This document shows, piece by piece, positions 31,524 to 39,424 of a stretch of 53,410 nucleotides of DNA. Under the pieces are notes generated by a model. It saw nothing but the letters and a program-made list of their open reading frames with translations. It was not told the origin of the DNA and made no database searches. How positions within the stretch are numbered: position 1 is the stretch's first letter; each line of letters starts with the position of its first letter. Both the position numbers and the translations under genes were made by a program. The DNA lies in IMG/VR virus record IMGVR_UViG_3300033182_000800, positions 1-53,410 of that record. The stretch is one strand, 5' to 3'. This DNA is from a virus (taxonomy: Duplodnaviria > Caudoviricetes).

Positions 31524-32077
31524 TGCCAACAAGTAAATTTAGTCCAGATAAATTAAGAGCAGAAGTTAATCCAGAAGGTGGATTTGCTACTAATGAAAGA
31601 TACCAAATCATATTTAAGAACATCCCTGCTGGTATAGATCCAGATTCTAAAACAAATCGTAGGTTACAACTTTTATGTGACAATGTTGCAATACCAACCA
31701 AGAGTATTGCTGCATCAGATAAGTTCATATATGGCACGTCATATCAAATGCCATACAGGCAAACTTTTGCTGAACTCAGCATGAGTTTTTTAGTAACAGA
31801 CTCAATGAAAGAGAAAACCTTTTTTGACAACTGGCAAAAACAAATTGTTGATGAGGACTCTGGGGATTTAAAATTTTATAACAGATACACTTGTGACATC
31901 ACGATAAGTAAATTTTCAAAGACACAAAGCGATTTTATAAATCCGACTTATGAAATTGAGATTGAACGTGCTTGGCCAAGTATAGTTGCAGAAATACAGT
32001 TGAACCATAGTGGTGGAAATGAAGTTATAAAACTTCCAGTAACTTTCCAATACAAAAAATGGAGGCAGACTGTCTAA
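31523..32077 (+). CDS. Tail-tube-fold protein (gp54 tube initiator / gp19-like)
   Basis: LLCDNVAIP, FFDNWQ, AWPS...IQL, KLPVTFQYKKW. Confidence 0.75.
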   Translation: MPTSKFSPDKLRAEVNPEGGFATNERYQIIFKNIPAGIDPDSKTNRRLQLLCDNVAIPTKSIAASDKFIYGTSYQMPYRQTFAELSMSFLVTDSMKEKTFFDNWQKQIVDEDSGDLKFYNRYTCDITISKFSKTQSDFINPTYEIEIERAWPSIVAEIQLNHSGGNEVIKLPVTFQYKKWRQTV

Positions 32078-32095
32078 CATGATTAGGAGATTATA

Positions 32096-32827
32096 ATGTC
32101 TTTACCAAAACTTGCAGTGACAAAACATAAATTGAAACTTCCTTCTACTGGTGAGGAAATTTTATACCGCCCTTTTCTGGTAAAAGAAGAAAAGATTTTG
32201 ATGATGGCACTTCAAGGTCAAGATACAGTTGATGTTGTTCAAGCCTTGAGAGATGTTATTGAGAGTTGTGTGGAATCAAACATTGACATTAAAAAATTAA
32301 CTATGTTTGATATTGAGTATGTTTTCCTACAACTCAGAGCAAGGTCTGTAGGTGACACCATACAGTTGACATATTCGTCGCCAGAAGATTTATGTAAAGA
32401 TAATAAAACACAATGTTCTTTTGCTATTGAAGTAAACATTGATGAAATAAAAATTGATAAACAGAAAGACCATAAAGATTTGATTGACCTAACTGAGAGT
32501 ATTAAGGTCAAGTTGAAGTATCCTGAGATTGAGATGGCAAATTCACTTACTGGAAAATCTCAATCCGAACTTGTTGATGCTACTTTTCAGATGATAAGAC
32601 AATCTATTGAGTATATCATGGATGGAGTAGAAATGCATAATCCAGCAGATTATACTGAAAAAGAATTAGATGATTTTTTGAATTCGCTATCTACAGAACA
32701 ATTTCAAAAAATACAGAAATTCTTTGATACCATGCCAAGGCTTAGACACGAAGTTACTGGAAAATGTAGTATCTGTGAAAAAGAGAACAAGAGAGTTCTG
32801 GAAGGTCTTGGAGATTTTTTCGCATAG
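32096..32827 (+). CDS. gp26: Baseplate hub assembly protein gp26
   Basis: MSLPKL, YRPFLVKEEKILMMA, FDIEYVFLQLRARSVG, FFDTMPRL, LEGLGDFF. Confidence 0.9.
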   Translation: MSLPKLAVTKHKLKLPSTGEEILYRPFLVKEEKILMMALQGQDTVDVVQALRDVIESCVESNIDIKKLTMFDIEYVFLQLRARSVGDTIQLTYSSPEDLCKDNKTQCSFAIEVNIDEIKIDKQKDHKDLIDLTESIKVKLKYPEIEMANSLTGKSQSELVDATFQMIRQSIEYIMDGVEMHNPADYTEKELDDFLNSLSTEQFQKIQKFFDTMPRLRHEVTGKCSICEKENKRVLEGLGDFFA

Positions 32828-33018
32828 CGCTGAGTCACGACTCCTTGGCAAATCATTACACTACTAATTTTGCCATGATTCAGCATCATAAATGGAGTTT
32901 AACAGAATTAGAAAACATGATACCATTTGAACGTGCAATTTATGTTGAGATGCTTTCTAATTGGATCAAAGAAGAGAATGAGAGAATTGAAGAACAAAAT
33001 AGACAAAGAGGTTACTAA
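32815..33018 (+). CDS. gp51: gp51-like baseplate hub assembly catalyst, probably reached by -1 frameshift from gp26
   Basis: -1 frame reads FFRIALSHDSLANHYTTNFAMIQHHKWSLTELENMIPFERAIYVEML...; gp51-like sequence begins before the first ATG (32875). Confidence 0.75.
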   Translation, partial: FFRIALSHDSLANHYTTNFAMIQHHKWSLTELENMIPFERAIYVEMLSNWIKEENERIEEQNRQRGY

Positions 33019-34763
33019 TGGCAGCAACATTAGATGATGTAGTTAAGGCAATACGAGAAGGAAACGAAGGAACAGCAACTCAACAAGCCAAAGCTGCAGA
33101 ACAAGCAAATGAACAAAAAGTCTACGACAATCAAGTTCTAGCTACTCTCTCTTCCATATCTGATGCAATCAAGGGAATAACTCCATTTAAAATTCAAGAG
33201 ACTGATAGTAAAGGATTCCTTGGCAAAATTCTCACTTCATTTGGACTTATTGGTGCAGGAGCTGCTGGTCTTGCGGTAGGATTGGTTGGTGGATGGACTG
33301 TATTTGTTGCAGATTTAGTTAGGGATCTTGGTAAATTACTTATGAAATTTATTAATGCAATCCCTAGACCTCAATTTGTTGATGATATAATTGCAGCATT
33401 TAAAGCAGATGGAAAGGTAGGACAGTTTTTCACAAAAATCAAAAACTTTTTTGTAGGAGAAACAGGATTTATAAAAAGAATTAGCACGGTTGTAGATACT
33501 GTAGTAGATTCAGTCAAAGGTTTCACTGGTGGTATATTCACAAAAATATCTAATTTTTTTGTAGGTGAAACTAGTGTATTCAAACGAATCGGAACAATTG
33601 TAGACACTACAGTAGATGCAGTCAAAGGATTTACTGGTGGTATATTCACAAAAATTGGAAACTTTTTTAGTAAGTCTAGTGTATTATCAAAAATAGGGAC
33701 CACTGTAGATGGAGTGATGGATACTTTAAAAGCATTTGGTGGTGGAGTATTTGATGGTATAAAGAATGTATTTACAAAATTAAAATCTATAGGTTCTACT
33801 TTAATGTCACCATTTGAAGCTATAAGTGGTGTATTTGGAAATGTAACTGATAAAGGTGGTGGGATACTGGATACTATCATGAAGTTTATCAATCCATTCA
33901 AAGGTGTATTTCAAACTTTTGCAAGGATAGGATCTAAACTTGCAGCACCACTCTCTATCATCATGGGTCTATTTGATGCAGGATTTGAAACAAAAGATGC
34001 AGTAGAAAAGAGTGAGGGAGTATTTGCAACCCTCCTTAATGGACTTATCGGAGCAATGGGTGGATTTATAGATGGAGCTGTAATTCAGGTGGCAGATTTT
34101 CTAAAGGATGGAATTGCAACAGTATTGGGATTTTTTGGATTTGAAGAGACTGAAAAGGCAATGAAAGATATTTCTTTTTCCAAGAGTTTTAATGAGATGC
34201 TAGATAAAGTCTATGCATTTGTAAATGATTTGTTTGACATAGATTTTGATGCTTTGGCAAAGTCTATAATGCCAGAAAGTATCTATAACTTCTTATTTGG
34301 AGATAAGGCAGAACAAATTGCTGATTTAGAAGCCAAGATTAAAGAAGCTAGAGAAAGTGGGCCAGAAGAAAATCTCTTTAGTGCAGATGAAACTCAGGAA
34401 GAATTTAATAAGAGAATTGCAGGTTTAACTGCAGAGTTGGAAAAATTAAAAGGAGTAAAAGGATTCAAAACTGGTGGTCTTGTGACAGGAAGTGGACTTG
34501 CAATGTTACATGGATCACAAAGTGCACCAGAATTAGTATTAGATAATCAAGCTACTGAAGTCTTTCTCAAAGCAGCAAACTTACTTACGAATTCACAAGC
34601 ATTGGAAAGAATGAGAGGTGGTTCACCAGTTGTAATCAATAATGTAAACAATAGCCAAAATAACCCAGTAATATCAAATCAAGCTACAACTATGAAAGTA
34701 CCTGATGCAGTACGTTCTGGTGAACCATCATTTGGAATGGCTGCTAGAGCCATGATGAATTAA
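33018..34763 (+). CDS. Probable tape measure protein (gp29 equivalent)
   Basis: 581 aa, amphipathic-helical, with ~36-aa repeats (GFTGGIFTKIxNFF); follows gp26/gp51; C-terminal PVVINNVNNSQ. Confidence 0.65.
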   Translation: MAATLDDVVKAIREGNEGTATQQAKAAEQANEQKVYDNQVLATLSSISDAIKGITPFKIQETDSKGFLGKILTSFGLIGAGAAGLAVGLVGGWTVFVADLVRDLGKLLMKFINAIPRPQFVDDIIAAFKADGKVGQFFTKIKNFFVGETGFIKRISTVVDTVVDSVKGFTGGIFTKISNFFVGETSVFKRIGTIVDTTVDAVKGFTGGIFTKIGNFFSKSSVLSKIGTTVDGVMDTLKAFGGGVFDGIKNVFTKLKSIGSTLMSPFEAISGVFGNVTDKGGGILDTIMKFINPFKGVFQTFARIGSKLAAPLSIIMGLFDAGFETKDAVEKSEGVFATLLNGLIGAMGGFIDGAVIQVADFLKDGIATVLGFFGFEETEKAMKDISFSKSFNEMLDKVYAFVNDLFDIDFDALAKSIMPESIYNFLFGDKAEQIADLEAKIKEARESGPEENLFSADETQEEFNKRIAGLTAELEKLKGVKGFKTGGLVTGSGLAMLHGSQSAPELVLDNQATEVFLKAANLLTNSQALERMRGGSPVVINNVNNSQNNPVISNQATTMKVPDAVRSGEPSFGMAARAMMN

Positions 34764-35351
34764 GCAGTCTCTGCCAACTTTTGGAAATAGTCTAAAGACT
34801 CATCATCTTCATCCTGTTCCGCTGGTTTTGTTGGTGGTGTATATGCCTCACCCCCATCAAATGGAACCTCTTGTTGTTTAGGTTTTGACATCTCACCCAA
34901 ACCAAGTACACGATCCAACTTCTCTTTCAGTTCGTCATAAGACTTGAACTTGTCGGCACTCACCAACTCTTTTAGAGAAAACTGACTGTTCCAGATTTCT
35001 TCCATCCGTTCATCATCCTCAAGAAGAGCAGATGGTGTATCAAACTCTGACTTATCATAGTTTGAATATCCTTCAACTTTACGAATCTTCATCTTGAAGT
35101 TCGCACCTTCCCAGAGATCAAATGGATTTACTGGTGATTCATCCTCAAACTCAGGATTCATGAGGTCATTAATCTTATCAAAGATTTTCTTACCATAACG
35201 GAAGAGTTTTACCTGTCCCTCATTTTGAGGATTGGCAGGATCTTTGACCACATATACATTTGAGATATAGGTCAGACGCCGTTTCTGTTTTCGTGCAATC
35301 TCTTTGTTGGCCTCAATACCTGAATTCCAAAGGACCGAGTTGTGTTCAGAT
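34760..35351 (-). CDS. gp32: ssDNA-binding protein gp32, exon 2
   Basis: SEHNSVLWNSGIEANKEIARKQKRRLTYISNVYVVKDPANPQNEG...FDLWEGANFK...acidic tail DYFQKLAE. Confidence 0.93.
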
Positions 35352-35439
35352 CGTTTATGTTCAAATAGAGTCGTTAATTCTATTCCGTTCTCTTATGAAC
35401 TGCTTCTACTTTCATAGAAGACCAGACTATATCTTTTTC

Positions 35440-36408
35440 TCAAAGAGAAAGATTGCATTTCGGATCACTTGATCCTACTCCATTTAGGATAGTCGTTGAA
35501 CCTTCACCATACCATATTGGGTTAGGTGCTTGGCTGCTGATTGCCCAATCTAATAATTTTTTAGAACTGTCAAGTTTGCGATTTCTCGCTTCGTGTTTTG
35601 ATATTACCAATAAGCATATAGAATAACCCGAATCAATTGATGCTTGACACTTTTTCATAACAACATCATAATGTTGTTTAAGTGTATATTCAGATTTGAC
35701 CTCAATCAATAAATTTTGGTTGTGTAAGTAAAAATCAGGAAAATATATTCTTTTTTTATTATTATGAAAATATCCTACTGTAGGCACTTCACTTTTACCA
35801 ATTTTTATATCATTTTTACCTAAATGATAATCATTGATTAACGATTCTAATGCAATAGGTTCGTATCCTTGCAAAGTAACAATTGTATCAAAAAATGGAT
35901 ATGGTTTATAACCAGAACGTCCACCATAGTTACCTAATCTATTTTTTGTTTCCATCATTTTCATAAGAGCATTTTTTTTAGTCTCTTCTGATCTTGACAG
36001 ATAAGCAGTTTTAGAATGGTTGGAATAATATTCTGTTTCGGTTATTCCCATATTGACACATTTTTGTTGAATAGTTTTTTTTCGCTTTTCAACATTATTA
36101 CTCCATTTTTTTGTATTACGATAATGTTTGAACGAATCAAGTGCTTCTGGATTATTAATAAATCTATTTTTTACTGATAATCTATGGGCATCTGATTTGC
36201 AAGCACACACATCACTACAATAATCCCGATACGAAAAAGATTTATACGTAGTTTCTTTACCACAATAACAAATACCTTCATTCGGAGATTTATAAAATTT
36301 ATCATAATATTCCTTAGAAGTCATTTTTAATGTTCTTAAATGATTTAAGAAACCTCTCATAGTATTAAATCTTTTGTTTGTTACTTTACATTGTTTCCAT
36401 ATTTCCAT
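35440..36408 (-). CDS. Intron-encoded homing endonuclease, PD-(D/E)XK type with N-terminal Zn fingers
   Basis: YFPDFYL...LLIEVKS catalytic motif; Cys motifs CYCG...YCSDVC; ORF begins between P and Q and overlaps the intron core. Confidence 0.8.
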   Translation of the reverse strand: MEIWKQCKVTNKRFNTMRGFLNHLRTLKMTSKEYYDKFYKSPNEGICYCGKETTYKSFSYRDYCSDVCACKSDAHRLSVKNRFINNPEALDSFKHYRNTKKWSNNVEKRKKTIQQKCVNMGITETEYYSNHSKTAYLSRSEETKKNALMKMMETKNRLGNYGGRSGYKPYPFFDTIVTLQGYEPIALESLINDYHLGKNDIKIGKSEVPTVGYFHNNKKRIYFPDFYLHNQNLLIEVKSEYTLKQHYDVVMKKCQASIDSGYSICLLVISKHEARNRKLDSSKKLLDWAISSQAPNPIWYGEGSTTILNGVGSSDPKCNLSL

Positions 36409-36424
36409 AAATACCTTTCAATAG

Positions 36425-36432
36425 TATTTATA
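36425..36432 (-). promoter_or_regulatory. T4-type late promoter TATAAATA inside the intron, driving the endonuclease
   Basis: Exact TATAAATA followed by an AAAGG RBS and ATG at 36408. Confidence 0.75.
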
Positions 36433-36539
36433 AAATATCAGAATTTAACACTCTACTTTGTAGTATTATTAGCTTAAGGGGTTTCCAGCAATTAACAATC
36501 AGTTTCAGTGAATAATCGCTTATTCAAGCCGCTAAATCA

Positions 36540-36817
36540 ACGGGATCTTTTTGTCCAAGAGTGGTCAGAGAGTTCTCAATGTACCAGCCACCTGGCCCCT
36601 GAAACCCATGATTCCAGATACGTGCCCATGGCAGATCTTCTCCATTCGGAGCCGGAAGAAAACGAATGATGGCATAACCATTACCTGACTTGTCCAACTC
36701 TGGACGCCAGTAACGATCATCTGTATCACCGAAGTTTGAATTTGAGATTTTTTCAGTCTCTTTGATAAGAGTTGAAAGGTTGGTCTTACTACGTTTTTTC
36801 ATTTCTGCAAACGACAT
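36540..36817 (-). CDS. gp32: ssDNA-binding protein gp32, exon 1
   Basis: MSFAEMKK...DDRYW.PELDKSGNGYAIIRFLP...HGFQGPGGWYIENSLTTLGQKDPV; AAGGAG RBS; spliced protein 289 aa. Confidence 0.93.
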
Positions 36818-36860
36818 ATAACTCCTTTTTATGTGCAATGTATTAACAACGTATAAAAGT

Positions 36861-36888
36861 ATTATAACATATATTCAAGAGCTGTCAA
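36861..36888 (-). promoter_or_regulatory. Sigma70-like promoter for gene 32
   Basis: TTGACA-16 nt-TATAAT with extended -10 TG. Confidence 0.7.
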
Positions 36889-36893
36889 GTATC

Positions 36894-37121
36894 TCAAATA
36901 GGTAACTTGGCAGTCTTAGGAAGGTAGTTGAGTTTCTCAGCTTCCTCCCTTATCTGGGCCTTCAGTTTCGTATTAATCAACTGAGCCACAGTCTCTGGTT
37001 CCATGTTGTTGAGGTCACAATAGTGCATGACCGCATCCATGTAACTTAATTTCGTTTCTTCTACAAGTTTGACTATCTTTGTATAGAATTCTGCTGATGT
37101 TTGAATTTGTAAAGCCATCAC
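36894..37121 (-). CDS. gp33: Late transcription co-activator gp33
   Basis: SYMDAVMHYC..NNMEPE...LKAQIREEAEKLNYL; adjacent to gp32. Confidence 0.85.
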   Translation of the reverse strand: MMALQIQTSAEFYTKIVKLVEETKLSYMDAVMHYCDLNNMEPETVAQLINTKLKAQIREEAEKLNYLPKTAKLPI

Positions 37122-37511
37122 TTATTCCATATTATTTTTAGATTTATAATCACTAATTGCTGCCTTGATTGCATCTTCTGCCAATACGGAACAATGAATC
37201 TTGACAGGTGGTAAAGAAAGTTCTTCCACAATATCTACATTGCTGAGTTCTTCTGCTTCATTTATAGACTTACCTCTAACCCAATCAGTAGCAAGAGAAC
37301 TGGCAGCAATTGCACTACCACATCCAAATGTCTTGAATTTGGCATCTGCAATGACACCAGTTTCATCGTCAACCTTTATTTGTAGTTTCATTACATCTCC
37401 ACACGCAGGAGCGCCGACAAGCCCTGTCCCTACATCTGAAGAATCTTTATCTAATGTCCCAACATTCCTTGGGTTATTAAAGTGGTCCACCACCTTTTCG
37501 CTATATGCCAT
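37122..37511 (-). CDS. iscU: Fe-S cluster scaffold IscU (auxiliary metabolic gene)
   Basis: MAYSEKVVDHFNNPRNVG, GAPACGDVMKLQI, FKTFGCGSAIA, LPPVKIHCSVLAEDAI. Confidence 0.96.
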   Translation of the reverse strand: MAYSEKVVDHFNNPRNVGTLDKDSSDVGTGLVGAPACGDVMKLQIKVDDETGVIADAKFKTFGCGSAIAASSLATDWVRGKSINEAEELSNVDIVEELSLPPVKIHCSVLAEDAIKAAISDYKSKNNME

Positions 37512-37522
37512 ACGCACTCACC

Positions 37523-37906
37523 TCAAAAGTCACCTCTCGTAACAGCAGTTATTTTGTCAATGTGTTTGTTTAGTATGTCAGTTCTATTTGGCCACTTAAT
37601 CCATTCTCTCTTATCTCCATCTTTTGCCAAATTTTTGAGAAGTGGTAAAATTAATTCTTCTACCTCATTCATTCTCTGGCCCCACTTATCTTTTAGTTCT
37701 TCTTTACGAACTTCAAGGTCATCTTGCATGACTCGCATACTATCTGTAAGACTTGAGATTTTAGATTCAATTTTCTCTAACTCAGGCTGTAAACTGGCAG
37801 TGGCCGTACTTACGACTTCTTTTGCAGTATCAACCTGTGTGGTTTGTTGGGCTCGGTATTCGTCTTCACTGACTGTACTAAACCCAAAGTCGTTAAAATC
37901 AGACAT
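37523..37906 (-). CDS. Conserved T4-like hypothetical protein
   Basis: DFGFSTVSEDE...ILPLLKNLAK...WIKWPNR. Confidence 0.7.
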   Translation of the reverse strand: MSDFNDFGFSTVSEDEYRAQQTTQVDTAKEVVSTATASLQPELEKIESKISSLTDSMRVMQDDLEVRKEELKDKWGQRMNEVEELILPLLKNLAKDGDKREWIKWPNRTDILNKHIDKITAVTRGDF

Positions 37907-38330
37907 CTACTTTTTCCTTATCGTTACCATTTTCATGTAACAGTTGAGATTCTTTATCCTCAGAATCTTCTTTATCTTTGAACCAATAATCAGTAGACTT
38001 AGCTAGAACTGCAACGTATGCACCAACAAGGATGTTGACCAAATCTCTATGTCCATCTTTTAAGTCACCAAGAAAAAGAAGATAGATGAGTATTAAGAAT
38101 GTAAATGCAACTATGAGGGAAAGAATAAATCTTGCCCACCAGTTGAGTTTTTTCCTATGTTCTATCCTCTCATATTTTAGAGCACCAACTGGATCTTTTT
38201 CCCAGAGGGTTTCTTCTGCATGGTCAATTAACTCAACAGGAGTATTGACCTTATCATCTGCAGCTCGTTCTTCTTTTATTTCACTTTCTTTCTTTTCTGT
38301 TTTGAGTCTTTTTGGGATACGAATAGCCAT
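37899..38330 (-). CDS. Two-TM membrane protein
   Basis: Hydrophobic segments FILSLIVAFTFLILIYLLF and LVNILVGAYVAVL, followed by DYWF. Confidence 0.65.
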   Translation of the reverse strand: MAIRIPKRLKTEKKESEIKEERAADDKVNTPVELIDHAEETLWEKDPVGALKYERIEHRKKLNWWARFILSLIVAFTFLILIYLLFLGDLKDGHRDLVNILVGAYVAVLAKSTDYWFKDKEDSEDKESQLLHENGNDKEKVDV

Positions 38331-39169
38331 CAGTCAGACTCCACGGCCTTCAGTAGGGCTGATGCAACACCGACTTTACTTTGGTCTTTCTCTGTATCAA
38401 CAAATTTCTTGAGAAGTCCCTTTAACGTAATAGTGTCATCAACTGTCCAACCCTCTGCTTTGCCTACTACGGTGCCCCATAATCCAAGAACTTCATCACA
38501 ATCTCTTTTGTAAGTATATGGGTCTTTACCTTTTTTACTATCGTATTCGTCTGTATTCCAAACGAAAAAACATTCTCTGTAATTCTTAGCAGTGAACACC
38601 TTTCCAAATGCTGAAGGAACTTGTAATCCACTCTTTCCTATAATCTTTGGTCTATCGTTGAAGTAAACCAAAGTCAACATTTCTAAAACACCATGTTCTA
38701 CTGCCTTCTCACGTTCTAATTTTTCAAGTGAAACAAACTTGTATCTGTTTGCACGTTTTGTTTGAGGAACGATGTTGGCCATACTATATGTAGCCTTCAA
38801 AGTTTTCTTGGACCAATCATGAGATGCATCTGATGCACCTAAATGTCCTCTATCATAACCAGTATTGTCGTAATCATCATTTGTTGTTGCCACACTTTTG
38901 TCAAGTCTTTTGTCTGTGAAAAAGGGTGGTCTTGGATCTATATTCAGAAGATCAACTGTCTCTTTTGTGACTTCTGTATAGACTGCAATCGGAGACTTTC
39001 TTTCAAAGTCATAACAAATTGTAAAGGTATCAGTAAGTATCTGATCACAAGCCTTTTTAGTGAAATGTTTCTTAATATCTGCTGTTTTTGATAAACTCAC
39101 ATCACCATGAGTCTGTCCATAAGCAATAGTTCCAACCAATAAAAATAAAGTGATAATAATTTTTCTCAT
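38330..39169 (-). CDS. DNA/RNA non-specific endonuclease (NucA-like) with signal peptide
   Basis: GYDRGHL active-site motif, TYSMANIVPQ, VPSAFGKV; hydrophobic N-terminus. Confidence 0.88.
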   Translation of the reverse strand: MRKIIITLFLLVGTIAYGQTHGDVSLSKTADIKKHFTKKACDQILTDTFTICYDFERKSPIAVYTEVTKETVDLLNIDPRPPFFTDKRLDKSVATTNDDYDNTGYDRGHLGASDASHDWSKKTLKATYSMANIVPQTKRANRYKFVSLEKLEREKAVEHGVLEMLTLVYFNDRPKIIGKSGLQVPSAFGKVFTAKNYRECFFVWNTDEYDSKKGKDPYTYKRDCDEVLGLWGTVVGKAEGWTVDDTITLKGLLKKFVDTEKDQSKVGVASALLKAVESD

Positions 39170-39180
39170 ATCACCAGCTC

Positions 39181-39411
39181 CTATGTTATATAATTAAACC
39201 TCCACTCATCGTCTTGCCATGAAACTCTACATAAACCTGCACTGTAAGGTAGTCTGAAATCTTTATACTTTACTCCATTCTCCTTTTCATGCAATTCTCT
39301 GATAAGATAATAAGGAGGCATATTTTCGCGGACTACATCTCTCTCAAATCTTTTTCTAATCTCATTCATTTGAGATGATCCTGTTGGATCATTTTGTAAA
39401 CCACCTGACAT
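39181..39411 (-). CDS. Hypothetical protein (start moved to MSGGLQ)
   Basis: AAGGA RBS before ATG 39411; the track's longer start lies inside the tmRNA. Confidence 0.6.
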   Translation of the reverse strand: MSGGLQNDPTGSSQMNEIRKRFERDVVRENMPPYYLIRELHEKENGVKYKDFRLPYSAGLCRVSWQDDEWRFNYIT

Positions 39412-39424
39412 ATATCCTTTCTTT

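Larger units (their letters stand above)
35352..36539 (-). ncRNA. Group I self-splicing intron (IA-like) in gene 32
   Basis: Exon ends in U (CCCGU|) and pairs with IGS GCGG via U.G; P AAUUGCUGGAAA, Q AAUCAGCAG, R GUUCAACGACUA, S AAGAUAUAGUC; terminal G at 35352; splicing restores D-P-V-S-E-H in frame. Confidence 0.92.

Noticed and set aside
32825-32833. Stop-codon reassignment or readthrough of the gp26 TAG
   Set aside because: An in-frame TGA follows after one codon, and TAA, TAG and TGA all end conserved genes at expected lengths.
34760-36838. gp32 as a pseudogene or two separate genes
   Set aside because: Removing 35352-36539 restores a complete in-frame gp32, and the insert has a full group I core.
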